NCBI GenBank assembly: GCA_038087875.1 | Contig: CM075994.1 | Span: forward strand, 11,410,001-11,474,000 | From: Malacoraja senta | Lineage: Eukaryota | DNA: 64,000 nt | Direction of reading: 5' to 3' | Shown here: positions 23,430 through 36,984 of the stretch, one piece after another | How positions within the stretch are numbered: position 1 is the first letter of the stretch | Layout of the letters: every line of letters starts with the position of its first letter | The notes under the pieces: model-generated | Seen by the model: only the letters and a program-made list of their open reading frames with translations | Databases searched by the model: none | Told to the model about the DNA's origin: nothing | Made by a program: the position numbers and the translations under genes

Positions 23430-24200
23430 ACTCCTGACATCTTTGGAAAGCCTGGCATCTTTGGAAAGCCTGTCTCTTCCTTCGGGGGAATGCGACTTTT
23501 TCGTGTCGTATCCCCCTTCTCTGCCTCCGTCTGCGCTGAGGCCTAATGGCGGAGCTGACGGCCTCCAACCTTCGACCGACCCCGGGGCTACGGAGGCAGA
23601 GCCAGCCAGGACTTGCCAGCGAGAGGCTGGCCGTCTTCGGTTCTGAGGCAGCGGCGGCGCGACTTGCTGGTGCGGCGTTCTGGCTTTCGGCGGCGGCCTG
23701 GAGCTGATACAGCGGGGTCCGGAGCGGAGACTGCGGGACCCGGAGCTGGGGCAGCGGCCTGGAGCGGAGACAGCACGACCCGGAGCGGGGGCAGCGGCCT
23801 GGAGCGGAGATTGCGGGACCCGGAGCTGGGGCGGCGGCCTGCAGCTGGGGCGGCGGCCCGGAGCTGATGCTGTGGCGGGCCGTCTCGGAGCGGAGACGGC
23901 GTTCCAGCTTTCGGCGGCGGCGACATCACCACGGAGGTCCGCTGGACTGGAGGGCGGCATCTTCGGCCTGGATCGATCGCCTCAGCGCAGAGGGAGAACA
24001 AGGAGGGAAGAGACGGAGACTAAGACTTTGCCTCCATCACAGTGAGGATGTGCTTGGTGAACTCACTGTGGTGGATGTTTAATTTGTGTTTATTGTATGT
24101 TGTTATTATTGGTTCTGTGTATGACTGCAGGCAACATAATTTCGTTCAGACCGAAAGGTCTGAATGACAATAAAGGATATTCTATTCTATTCTATTATAT
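23430..24200 (+). mobile_element. GC-rich non-autonomous retroposon with internal tandem repeats and (TATTC)n tail
   Basis: Repeated GCGGCCTGGAGCGGAGA units; 3' end resembles the 18668 element; AATAAA plus tail. Confidence 0.75.
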
Positions 24201-24419
24201 TCTAAAACCTGTCGATACTGTAAAGGTATGGAGAATGAAATGGGAGATGGATATTTACATAGCCTGGCTCGTTCCAATATGACTATGCGACATTCAGTAG
24301 TTTGCGCAGAGTGGTTGAGCTGAGTAATGGGCGGAAGAGAGTTGCTACCTCACCGAGCTCTTGACCCAAGTTTGACATTCACCTCGGATGATATCTGTCT
24401 GGAATTTGCACATCCTCAA

Positions 24420-27165
24420 TGTGATTGGAAACTAAATATTCCAGGATTTCGTTGCTTCAGGGATGATAGAATTGGAGGGGCAAGAGGTGGGGGTGTTGCA
24501 TTGCTTGTCAAGGAAGATACAGCAGTGCTTTGGCAGGATAGATTAGAGGGCTCGTCTAGGGAGGCTATTTGGGTGGAGCTGAGAAATGGGAAAGGTGTAG
24601 CAACACTTATAGGGGTGTATTATAGACCGCCAAATGGGGAGCGAGAATTGGAAGAGCAAATATGTAAGGAGATAGCAGATATTAGTAATAAGCACAAGGT
24701 AGTGATTGTGGGAGATTTCAATTTTCCACACATAGACTGGGAAACACATTCTGTAAAAGGGCTGGATGGTTTGGAGTTTGTAAAATGTGTGCAGGATAGT
24801 TTTTTGCAGCAATACATAGAGGTGCCTACCAGAGAAGGGGCAGGTGGCGGAGGTAAGCGTTGGGGAGCACTTCGGGTCCAGTGATCACAATACCATTAGT
24901 TTCAATATAATTATGGAGAGGGTGAGAACTGGACCTAGGGTTGAGATTTTTGATTGGAGAAAGGCTAACTTTGAGGAGATGCGAAAGGATTTAAAAGGAG
25001 TGAATTGGGACATGTTGTTTTATGGGAAGGATGTAGAAGAGAAATGGAGGACATTTAAAGGTGAAATTTTAAGAGTACAGAATCTTTATGTACCTGTTCG
25101 GTTGAAAGGAAATAGTAAAAATTGGAAAGAGCCATGGTTTTCAAAGGAAATTGGACACTTGGTTCGGAAAAAGAGAGAGATCTACAAAAATTATAGGCAG
25201 CATGGAGTAAATGAGGTGCTTGATGAGTATAAAGAATGTAAAAAGAATATTAAGAAAGAAATTAGAAAAGCTAAAAGAAGATATGAGGTTGCTTTGGCAA
25301 GTAAGGTGAAAGTAAATCCAAAGGGTTTCTACAGCTATATTAATAGCAAAAGGATAACAAGGAATAAAATTGGTCCATTAGAGAGTCAGAGTGGACAGCT
25401 ATCTGCAGAGCCAAAAGAGATGGGGGAGATACTGAACAATTTCTTTTCTTCGGTATTCACCAAGGAGAAGGATATAGAATTATGTGAGGTAAGGGAAACA
25501 AGCAGAGTAGCAATGGAAACTATGAGATTCAAAGAAGAGGAGGTGCGGACACTTTTGAAAAAAATGAAAAAGGATAAGTCTCCAGGTCCTGACAGGATAT
25601 TCCCGAGGACATTGAGGGAAGTTAGTGTAGAAATAGCAGGGGCTATGACAAAAATATTTCAAATGTCATTAGAAACGGGAATAGTGCCGGAGGATTGGCG
25701 TACTGCGCATGTTGTTCCGTTGTTTAAAAAGGGTTCTAAGAGTAAACCTAGCAATTATAGACCTGTTAGTCTGACGTCAGTGGTGGGCAAATTAATGGAA
25801 AGGATACTTAAAGATAATATATAAGCATCTGGATAAGCAGGGTCTGATTAGGAACAGTCAACATGGATTTGTGCCTGGAAGGTCATGTTTGACTAATCTT
25901 CTAGAATTTTTCGAAGAGGTTACTAGGGAAATTGATGAGGGTAAAGCAGTGGATGTTGTCTATATGGACTTCAGTAAGGCCTTTGACAAGGTTCCTCATG
26001 GAAGGTTGGTTAAGAAGATTCAATTGTTGGGTATTAATGGTGGAGTAGCAAGATGGATTCAACAATGGCTGAATGGGAGATGCCAGAGAGTAATGGTGGA
26101 TGGCTGTTTGTCAGGTTGGAGGCCGGTGACTAGTGGGGTGCCTCGGGGGTCTGTGTTGGGTCCACTGTTGTTTGTCATGTACATCAATGATCTGGATCAT
26201 GGTGTGGAAAATTGGATTAGTAAGTATGCAGATGATACTAAGATAGGTGGTGTGGTGGATAATGAAGTAGATTTTCAAAGTCTACAGAGAGATTTAGGCC
26301 ATTTGGAAGAGTGGGCTGAAAGATGGCAGATGGAGTTTAATGCTGATAAATGTGAGGTACTACATTTCGGCAGGACAAATCAAAATAGGACGTACATGGT
26401 AAATGGTAGAGAATTGAGGAATGCAGTTGAACAGAGGGATCTAGGAATAACTGTGCATAGTTCCCTGAAGGTGGAATCTCATGTAGATAGGGTGGTAAAG
26501 AAAGTTTTTGGGGTGCTGGCCTTTATAAATCAGAGCATTGAATATAGAAGTTGCGATGTAATGTTAAAATTGTACAAGGCATTGGTGAGGCCAATTCTGG
26601 AGTATGGAGTACAATTTTGGTCGCCTAATTATAGGAAGGATGTCAACAAAATAGAGAGAGTACAGAGGAGATTTACTAGAATGTTGCCTGGGTTTCAGCA
26701 ACTAAGTTACAGAGAAAGGTTGAACAAGTTAGGTCTTTATTCTTTGGAGCGCAGAAGGTTAAGAGGGGACTTGATAGAGGTCTTTAAAATTATGAGCGGG
26801 TTAGACAGAGTTGACGTGGATAAGCTTTTTCCATTGAGAGTAGGGAAGATTCAAACAAGGGGACATAACTTGAGAATTAAGGGGCAGAAGTTTAGGGGTA
26901 ACATTAGGGGGAACTTCTTTACTCAGAGAGTGGTGGCTGTGTGGAATGAGCTTCCAGTGGAAGTGGTGGAGGCTGGTTCGATTTTATCCTTTAAAAATAG
27001 ATTGGATGGGTATATGGACGGGAAAGGAATGGAGGGTTATGGTCTGAGTGCAGGTAGATGGGACTAGGGGGAAGTATTTAATTTTTTTTTTAAATAGTTC
27101 GGCACGGACTTGAAGGGCCGAGATGGCCTGTTTCCGTGCTGTAATGGTTATATGGTTATATTGTG
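24420..27165 (+). mobile_element. Young CR1 (HER1-like) LINE, 5'-truncated, copy 1
   Basis: APE (YRPP, GDFN, SDH), RT (PGPD, DFSKAFD, YADD); 2-nt frameshift near 25820; (ATGGTTAT) tail. Confidence 0.95.
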
Positions 27166-27862
27166 ACTGCAGTTTCCACTGGATGTTCCGACTTCTTCCC
27201 ACATCACAAAGACTTTCAAGTTGGCAGGTTAATTGGCATCTGTAAGTTGCCTCTTGTTTGTAGCACCTGAATGGACAAAGTGGAACAACACAGACCAAAT
27301 TTGCCAGGGTGATCGATAGTTGGGGTGGAAGCGGTGGGAGTCGTCATACGGTGAAAAATATTATGCAGATGATCGTCATCAGATCAAATGTGACAGAGCG
27401 TAATTAATTGGGGGAATATATAGAAAGCTGTGAAGTACGTTCAAGATTACTGTGGAAATCGGGGTGCAACAATCCTCTTACCCGAGAAAGACGGGGGATG
27501 AATAAAGCGGAAGATCAATTGTCGTGTACGTTGAAAATCATCAGGGAAGGTGGTGCTATATCTGGATTCGTTTAACACGGGCTAACAACCAATCCAATAC
27601 GTTCACACATATGAAGACACAAGAAACTGCAGATATTGTAGACACAAATTGCTGGTGTAATTTACGGCGTCGTACAGTACCTTTGGAGAACATGGTTCGT
27701 TAACTCTTCTGGTCAGGGAATTCTTCACACTGATTGTGCTTGTTCCTGTGTAGAAAGATGGAAGAGAGTTGAGATTGGGACAAAGTCTGGCATGGTAGGT
27801 GGATAGGTGAAGGGGGTTGATCGGCGGATGGTTTCACGTGGATAGAGGGAAGGGAGACACGA

Positions 27863-30240
27863 GTGCCTACTAGAGAAGGGGCAGTCCTGGACCTCCTGTT
27901 AGCAAATGAGACCGGGCAGGTGGCGGAGGTAAGCGTTGGGGAGCACCTCGGGTCCAGTGATCACAATACCATTAGTTTCAATATAATTATGGAGAGGGTG
28001 AGAACTGGACCTAGGGTTGAGATTTTTGATTGGAGAAAGGCTAACTTTGAGGAGATGCGAAAGGATTTAAAAGGAGTGAATTGGGACATGTTGTTTTATG
28101 GGAAGGATGTAGAAGAGAAATGGAGGACATTTAAAGGTGAAATTTTAAGAGCACAGAATCTTTATGTACCTGTTCGGTTGAAAGGAAATAGTAAAAATTG
28201 GAAAGAGCCATGGTTTTCAAAGGAAATTGGACACTTGGTTCGGAAAAAGAGAGAGATCTACAAAAATTATAGGCAGCATGGAGTAAATGAGGTGCTTGAT
28301 GAGTATAAAGAATGTAAAAAGAATATTAAGAAAGAAATTAGAAAAGCTAAAAGAAGATATGAGGTTGCTTTGGCAAGTAAGGTGAAAGTAAATCCAAAGG
28401 GTTTCTACAGCTATATTAATAGCAAAAGGATAACAAGGAATAAAATTGGTCCATTAGAGAGTCAGAGTGGACAGCTATCTGCAGAGCCAAAAGAGATGGG
28501 GGAGATACTGAACAATTTCTTTTCTTCGGTATTCACCAAGGAGAAGGATATAGAATTATGTGAGGTAAGGGAAACAAGCAGAGTAGCAATGGAAACTATG
28601 AGATTCAAAGAAGAGGAGGTGCGGACACTTTTGAAAAAAATGAAAAAGGATAAGTCTCCAGGTCCTGACAGGATATTCCCGAGGACATTGAGGGAAGTTA
28701 GTGTAGAAATAGCAGGGGCTATGACAAAAATATTTCAAATGTCATTAGAAACGGGAATAGTGCCGGAGGATTGGCGTACTGCGCATGTTGTTCCGTTGTT
28801 TAAAAAGGGTTCTAAGAGTAAACCTAGCAATTATAGACCTGTTAGTCTGACGTCAGTGGTGGGCAAATTAATGGAAAGGATACTTAAAGATAATATATAA
28901 GCATCTGGATAAGCAGGGTCTGATTAGGAACAGTCAACATGGATTTGTGCCTGGAAGGTCATGTTTGACTAATCTTCTAGAATTTTTCGAAGAGGTTACT
29001 AGGGAAATTGATGAGGGTAAAGCAGTGGATGTTGTCTATATGGACTTCAGTAAGGCCTTTGACAAGGTTCCTCATGGAAGGTTGGTTAAGAAGATTCAAT
29101 TGTTGGGTATTAATGGTGGAGTAGCAAGATGGATTCAACAATGGCTGAATGGGAGATGCCAGAGAGTAATGGTGGATGGCTGTTTGTCAGGTTGGAGGCC
29201 GGTGACTAGTGGGGTGCCTCAGGGGTCTGTGTTGGGTCCACTGTTGTTTGTCATGTACATCAATGATCTGGATCATGGTGTGGAAAATTGGATTAGTAAG
29301 TATGCAGATGATACTAAGATAGGTGGTGTGGTGGATAATGAAGTAGATTTTCAAAGTCTACAGAGAGATTTAGGCCATTTGGAAGAGTGGGCTGAAAGAT
29401 GGCAGATGGAGTTTAATGCTGATAAATGTGAGGTACTACATTTCGGCAGGACAAATCAAAATAGGACGTTCATGGTAAATGGTAGAGAATTGAGGAATGC
29501 AGTTGAACAGAGGGATCTAGGAATAACTGTGCATAGTTCCCTGAAGGTGGAATCTCATGTAGATAGGGTGGTAAAGAAAGTTTTTGGGGTGCTGGCCTTT
29601 ATAAATCAGAGCATTGAATATAGAAGTTGCGATGTAATGTTAAAATTGTACAAGGCATTGGTGAGGCCAATTCTGGAGTATGGAGTACAATTTTGGTCGC
29701 CTAATAATAGGAAGGATGTCAACAAAATAGAGAGAGTACAGAGGAGATTTACTAGAATGTTGCCTGGGTTTCAGCAACTAAGTTACAGAGAAAGGTTGAA
29801 CAAGTTAGGTCTTTATTCTTTGGAGCGCAGAAGGTTAAGAGGGGACTTGATAGAGGTCTTTAAAATTATGAGCGGGTTAGACAGAGTTGACGTGGATAAG
29901 CTTTTTCCATTGAGAGTAGGGAAGATTCAAACAAGGGGACATAACTTGAGAATTAAGGGGCAGAAGTTTAGGGGTAACATTAGGGGGAACTTCTTTACTC
30001 AGAGAGTGGTGGCTGTGTGGAATGAGCTTCCAGTGGAAGTGGTGGAGGCTGGTTCGATTTTATCCTTTAAAAATAGATTGGATGGGTATATGGACGGGAA
30101 AGGAATGGAGGGTTATGGTCTGAGTGCAGGTAGATGGGACTAGGGGGAAGTATTTAATTTTTAAAAAAAATAGTTCGGCACGGACTTGAAGGGCCGAGAT
30201 GGCCTGTTTCCGTGCTGTAATGGTTATATGGTTATATTGT
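27863..30240 (+). mobile_element. CR1 copy 2 (duplication product)
   Basis: ORFs 27863..28900 and 28947..30143; same frameshift as copy 1. Confidence 0.95.
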
Positions 30241-30938
30241 GACTGCAGTTTCCACTGGATGTTCCGACTTCTTCCCACATCACAAAGACTTTCAAGTTGG
30301 CAGGTTAATTGGCATCTGTAAGTTGCCTCTTGTTTGTAGCACCTGAATGGACAAAGTGGAACAACACAGACCAAATTTGCCAGGGTGATCGATAGTTGGG
30401 GTGGAAGCGGTGGGAGTCGTCATACGGTGAAAAATATTATGCAGATGATCGTCATCAGATCAAATGTGACAGAGCGTAATTAATTGGGGGAATATATAGA
30501 AAGCTGTGAAGTACGTTCAAGATTACTGTGGAAATCGGGGTGCAACAATCCTCTTACCCGAGAAAGACGGGGGATGAAAAAAGCGGAAGATCAATTGTCG
30601 TGTACGTTGAAAATCATCAGGGAAGGTGGTGCTATATCTGGATTCGTTTAACACGGGCTAACAACCAATCCAATACGTTCACACATATGAAGACACAAGA
30701 AACTGCAGATATTGTAGACACAAATTGCTGGTGTAATTTACGGCGTCGTACAGTACCTTTGGAGAACATGGTTCGTTAACTCTTCTGGTCAGGGAATTCT
30801 TCACACTGATTGTGCTTGTTCCTGTGTAGAAAGATGGAAGAGAGTTGAGATTGGGACAAAGTCTGGCATGGTAGGTGGATAGGTGAAGGGGGTTGATCGG
30901 CGGATGGTTTCACGTGGATAGAGGGAAGGGAGACACGA

Positions 30939-32683
30939 GTGCCTACTAGAGAAGGGGCAGTCCTGGACCTCCTGTTAGCAAATGAGACCGGGCAGGTGGC
31001 GGAGGTAAGCGTTGGGGAGCACCTCGGGTCCAGTGATCACAATACCATTAGTTTCAATATAATTATGGAGAGGGTGAGAACTGGAACTAGGGTTGAGATT
31101 TTTGATTGGAGAAAGGCTAACTTTGAGGAGATGCGAAAGGATTTAAAAGGAGTGAATTGGGACATGTTGTTTTATGGGAAGGATGTAGAAGAGAAATGGA
31201 GGACATTTAAAGGTGAAATGTTAAGAGTACAGAATCTTTATGTACCTGTTCGGTTGAAAGGAAATAGTAAAAATTGGAAAGAGCCATGGTTTTCAAAGGA
31301 AATTGGACACTTGGTTCGGAAAAAGAGAGAGATCTACAAAAATTATAGGCAGCATGGAGTAAATGAGGTGCTTGATGAGTATAAAGAAAGTAAAAAGAAT
31401 ATTAAGAAAGAAATTAGAAAAGCTAAAAGAAGATATGAGGTTGCTTTGGCAAGTAAGGTGAAAGTAAATCCAAAGGGTTTCTACAGCTATATTAATAGCA
31501 AAAGGATAACAAGGAATAAAATTGGTCCATTAGAGAGTCAGAGTGGACAGCTATCTGCAGAGCCAAAAGAGATGGGGGAGATACTGAACAATTTCTTTTC
31601 TTCGGTATTCACCAAGGAGAAGGATATGGAATTATGTGAGGTAAGGGAAACAAGCAGAGTAGCAATGGAAACTATGAGATTCAAAGAAGAGGAGGTGCGG
31701 ACACTTTTGAAAAAGATGAAAACGGATAAGTCTCCAGGTCCTGACAGGATATTCCCGAGGACATTGAGGGAAGTTAGTGTAGAAATAGCAGGGGCTATGA
31801 CAAAAATATTTCAAATGTCATTAGAAACGGGAATAGTGCCGGAGGATTGGCGTTTAATGCTGATAAATGTGAGGTACTACATTTCGGCAGGACAAATCAA
31901 AATAGGACGTACATGGTAAATGGTAGAGAATTGAGGAATGCAGTTGAACAGAGGGATCTAGGAATAACTGTGCATAGTTCCCTGAAGGTGGAATCTCATG
32001 TAGATAGGGTGGTAAAGAAGGTTTTTGGGGTGCTGGCCTTTATAAATCAGAGCATTGAATATAGAAGTTGGGATGTAATGTTAAAATTGTACAAGGCATT
32101 GGTGAGGCCAATTCTGGAGTATGGAGTACAATTTTGGTCGCTTAATTATAGGAAGGATGTCAACAAAATAGAGAGAGTACAGAGGAGATTTACTAGAATG
32201 TTGCCTGGGTTTCAGCAACTAAGTTACAGAGAAAGGTTGAACAAGTTAGGTCTTTATTCTTTGGAGCGCAGAAGGTTAAGAGGGGACTTGATAGAGGTCT
32301 TTAAAATTATGAGCGGGTTAGACAGAGTTGACGTGGATAAGCTTTTTCCATTGAGAGTAGGGAAGATTCAAACAAGGGGACATAACTTGAGAATTAAGGG
32401 ACAGAAGTTTAGGGGTAACATTAGGGGGAACTTCTTTACTCAGAGAGTGGTGGCTGTGTGGAATGAGCTTCCAGTGGAAGTGGTGGAGGCTGGTTCGATT
32501 TTATCCTTTAAAAATAGATTGGATGGGTATATGGACGGGAAAGGAATGGAGGGTTATGGTCTGAGTGCAGGTAGATGGGACTAGGGGGAAGTATTTAATT
32601 TAAAAAAAAATTAATGTTCGGCACGGACTTGAAGGGCCGAGATGGCCTGTTTCCGTGCTGTAATGGTTATATGGTTATATTGT
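30939..32683 (+). mobile_element. CR1 copy 3 with 635-bp internal deletion
   Basis: Junction GGATTGGC|GTTTAATGCTG near 31852. Confidence 0.95.
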
Positions 32684-33129
32684 GACTGCAGTTTCCACTG
32701 GATGTTCCGACTTCTTCCCACATCACAAAGACTTTCAAGTTGGCAGGTTAATTGGCATCTGTAAGTTGCCTCTTGTTTGTAGCACCTGAATGGACAAAGT
32801 GGAACAACACAGACCAAGTTTGCCAGGGTGATCGATAGTTGGGTTGGAAGCGGTGGGAGTCGTCATACGGTGAAAAATATTATGCAGATGATCGTCATCA
32901 GATCAAATGTGACAGAGCGTAATTAATTGGGGGAATATATAGAAAGCTGTGAAGTACGTTCAAGATTACTGTGGAAATCGGGGTGCAACAATCCTCTTAC
33001 CGGAGAGAGACGGGGGATGAAAAAAGCGGAAGATCAATTGTCGTGTACGTTGAAAATCATCAGGGAAGGTGGTGCTATATCTGGATTCGTTTAACACGGG
33101 CTAACAACCAATCCAATACGTTCACACAT

Positions 33130-34135
33130 ATGAAGACACAAGAAACTGCAGATATTGTAGACACAAATTGCTGGTGTAATTTACGGCGTCGTACAGTACC
33201 TTTGGAGAACATGGTTCGTTAACTCTTCTGGTCAGGGAATTCTTCACACTGATTGTGCTTGTTCCTGTGTAGAAAGATGGAAGAGAGTTGAGATTGGGAC
33301 AAAGTCTGGCATGGTAGGTGGATAGGTGAAGGGGGTTGATCGGCGGATGGTTTCACGTGGATAGAGGGAAGGGAGACACGAGTGCGAAGGCTGTTGGGGC
33401 GAATTGCAGGGGGGGGTAGAGGGTGGGTGTCGAAGGGGGGAGTAGTAGTTTCGGTTAGTTACCAAATATTGAAGGGTTCAGTGGTCATACCGTTAATTTG
33501 TAAAATATTCAAGCGGAATATGAGATGGTGTTCCAACACTTACGTGTGGCATTACTCTAACAATGAAGGAGGCCAAATACACGAATGCATGTGGGAATGG
33601 GTAATCGAGTTTTAATGTTTAGTAACCGGAATATGGTGTACCACCTCCCCGACCGAGAGCAAGTATTCGGTGAGATGGTCGCCTCATCAACGCTTGGTCT
33701 TGCCGAAGTAAAGCGTCCACATCGGGCGCACCAAAAACAGCAGATGACGTCAGTGGAGGTGCCTGCGAATCTCTCTCTCACGTAGAACGACTACTGGTGG
33801 CATTGGACGGATGTAAGGCATGATGGCAGGTGTTACATCTCCTGTGCTGTAGGGGATGGTACCTGGTTAGGCTGCAAACGGATAAGGGAGAGCGGTCTTT
33901 ATGGAAGCCGAGAGGTAGTGGGGATGGGAAGATGTGTGGGGTAGATATGGAGAATAATGTGTTGGATAAGGAGACAGGTGGCTGAAATTTAAGGACCTGG
34001 GGAACCATTTTGTAGTTCCGTGCGATGGCAAGGGGGCCGAGAGCAGAACTGCAAGACGGAGAGGAAATGTGGGTGAGGATGCACCCATCATAGCAGCGGG
34101 GAAACTACGTTTACTCAAGAAAGAGGACGTCCATC
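33130..34135 (-). mobile_element. Old Penelope-like element (GIY-YIG region plus terminal repeat)
   Basis: RCNTC; RERFAGTSTDVICCFWCARCG then, after a frameshift, YFGKTKR**GDHLTEYL (compare YIGETKRRLGDRFAEHL). Confidence 0.75.
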
Positions 34136-34429
34136 ATAAGCACAACTTTTCCTTTCTCCTTGCTGCAAACATTATGTTACAGATTTCAGAACGTATGCTA
34201 ACATTTTTTACAATGATCCTTCCCTTGGAAATATATTCAATTTTGAACAATCATTTCGATGTTTAATACCTTTATACGAAATAACAATTATAGTCTGCAA
34301 GAAACGCATGTGGCATTTCTCTTACAATACCTTCTTGCATTGCCCCAGAGTAATAATCATATTTTTGCATAATAATACATGAAGCGAATGGTGTGTGTTA
34401 TTGAAATAGCGATTATTTTTTTAATTTGT

Positions 34430-34755
34430 ACAGTTTAGTTTTAGAGAAACAGCGCGGAAACAGGCCCTTCGGCCCGCCGGGTCCGTGCCAACTAGCGATC
34501 CCCGCACATGAACACGATCCTACACTGACAAGGGACAATTTAAAAAAACACACATTTTCCAAGCCAATTAACCTACAAACCTGTACGTCTTTGGAGTGTG
34601 GGAGGAAACCCGAATAAATCGGAGAAAACCCACGCAGGTCACGGAGAGAACGTACAAACTCCGTACAAACAGCGCCCTTAGTCGGGATCGAACCCGGGTC
34701 CCCGGCGCTGCATTCGCTGTAAGGCAGCAACTCTGTCGCAGACCAACCGTGACCG
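34430..34755 (-). mobile_element. HE1-like SINE, near full length, with CR1-derived 3' tail
   Basis: tRNA-like head with B-box GGGTTCGATCCC; tail GGGCCGAAGGGCCTGTTTCCGCGCTG matches the CR1 3' ends in this window. Confidence 0.9.
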
Positions 34756-35129
34756 TCCGAACATTTAATCCAACCTTTCAATCAAGATTGATTCATGTCG
34801 ATACGTAAACTTTTGTGAGATAAAATATCTACCGCCATAACCACATGAAACGGACCTTTGCAGTTATTATAATGAAAATATATATCATTGTACATTAGAG
34901 CGAACAGAAACTTCTTAATGAATAAGATGTTCACGAATAATTAAAAAAAAACAGATGATAGCATATACGACAATGCGTCATTTGAATATCAATTTTCTTT
35001 CTATTGTTCTGTTTGTTCCCTGTAATATTCCGACAACCAGACACCTTCCGGTGAACAGTAGAATCATCAGAGGCAGTAACTGAAAACTCGCAGTGAAAGA
35101 AAATATAGCCCGCAACAATAGACACTGTG

Positions 35130-35420
35130 CACACGCCATCTTCCGCCCACGTCACCCCCCACCCCCGTCACGGATCGTCGCCTCTCCCCAGCCGCGGACC
35201 CTCGCCTCTCACCCCCCCCCCCCCCCCCCGCCGCGAACACTCGCCTCTCCCCCCTCCCCCCCCCCGCGGACACTCGCCTCTCCCCCTCACGCGGACCCTC
35301 GCCTCTCCTTCCGCCTCACCCGGAGACTCGCCTGTCCCCCCCCCCGCTGCGGACCCTCGTCTCTCCCCCCCTCCGCCGCGGACCCTCGCCTCTCCCCCCC
35401 CTCCGCCGCCGCGGGCCTTC
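35130..35420. repeat. C-rich minisatellite (CCGCGGACCCTCGCCTCTCCCCCC)
   Basis: About 8 imperfect copies of ~25-35 bp. Confidence 0.85.
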
Positions 35421-35439
35421 CAACGTTGCGTGGGAGGGA

Positions 35440-36950
35440 GAAAGGAGAAAGCAAATATGCGTCAAGCCGATAGCCTAATCGTTAAAGAGTTAAAAGATAG
35501 CCTAATCGATAAAGAGCTGAGAAGATGAACCAGAGCTGCCAAGAAAAGGTACTCTGAGAAGTGGAGGTGCAAGTTCTCAGCCAGTGACTCTTCTTCAGTT
35601 TGGAAGGGCATGCAAGAAATCACCAGCTATTAGAGGAAAGCCTCCCGCTCTTTGGATAATCGTCAGCTGACCAACGAACTGAATGAATTTTACTGCAGGT
35701 TTGAAAATCAGAAACGTAACCCTGGTACCCCCTCCCCAACAAACACAACCAGACCCCAGTCTGCAAAGAATGGACCCTGCACCCTCTCCTTCCCATTCAC
35801 CACTTCACACCTACATAAGGCAAGACTCCAGTATGAAAAGAGTGGACCCTTTCCCACCCCAACCAACACTTCACACCCACTCACAGCCTGACCTCAGTCT
35901 GCAAAGACTGGACCCTTCTACACCCACCCCACTCCAATCACGACTTCACACCCAATTACCCACTCCCTCCTCGCTGAACAACATCACTTCATCAACAATA
36001 AAAATAGAGGAGGTGAAGAGGCTTTTCAGAAGACAGAAAAGCCGGAAATCTCACAGACATTTTTTACCAGTCCCGGCAAACATGTACTGTCCCTGCCTGT
36101 TTCAAAGTCCCCACTATTGTCCCTGTACCCAAAAAGGCAAGGATTACTTGTCTTAATGACTACAGGCCTGTCGCACTGACCTCTGTAGTCATGAAGACAG
36201 TCGAAAGGCTTGTGCTGGCCAAGCTGAAAAATATCACAATCCCCCTGCAGTTTGCATATTGGCCCAATAGATCTGTGGATGACGCAGTCAATCTGGGCCT
36301 GCACTTCATCCTCCAGCACCTAGAACGCCAGGGGACCTTTGCGAGGATTTTAATTGTTGATATTAGATCTGCATTGTGCCAGAGCTACTACACTCCAAAC
36401 ATTCCGAGTTGACTGTGCCTGAACCCCTCTGTCGGTGGATCACCAACTTTCTGACAGACAGGAAGCAGCATGTGAGGCTGGGAAAGCACATATCGGACAC
36501 GCAAACGCTCAGCACAGGAGCACCGCAAGGCTGCGTACTCCCCCCTCTCCTCTACTCTCTCTACACCAATGACTACATCTCCACAGACACCTCTGTCAAG
36601 CTTATCAAGTTTGCGGACGACACAACCCTGATTGGACTGATCCAGGATGGGGAGGAACCTGCCTACAGACAGGAAGTGTCACAGCTGGCGTCCTAGTGCC
36701 GTAGCAACAACCTGGAGCTCAATGCTCTTAAGACAGTGGAATTGATTGCAGACTTTAGGAGAGCTCCCCCTCCCCTCGCCCCAACTCACCCTGAACAACA
36801 CCACAGTCACATCTGTGGAGTCTTTTAAGTTCCTGGGAACCATCATCTCCAATGACATTAAGTGGGGGGGCTACCTTTGACTCCGCAGTCAAAAAGGTAC
36901 AACAGAGGATGTTCTTCCTACGGCAGCTGAGGAAGCACAATCTACCACAA
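35440..36950 (+). mobile_element. Rex1/Babar LINE, RT region
   Basis: [35 protein letters not shown]; frameshifted. Confidence 0.9.
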
Positions 36951-36984
36951 TGGGTCAGGCAGCATCTCTGGAGAACATGGATAG

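Larger units (their letters stand above)
24822..33385 (+). repeat. Tandem triplication of a ~3076-bp unit (CR1 body + spacer + Penelope end)
   Basis: Units start at 24822, 27863 and 30939; near-identical sequences. Confidence 0.97.

Noticed and set aside
23415..24082. Long Pro/Ala/Arg-rich ORFs (also at 14.0-14.4, 15.6-16.2 and 18.8-19.6 kb)
   Set aside because: Stop-poor GC-rich repeat sequence, open in several frames, with no domain signature
25871..30143. 398-aa RT ORFs as active or domesticated genes
   Set aside because: Downstream halves of a frameshifted, 5'-truncated CR1 ORF2; multiplicity comes from tandem duplication
34680..34755. tRNA gene
   Set aside because: tRNA-derived head of an HE1-like SINE, not a full cloverleaf gene
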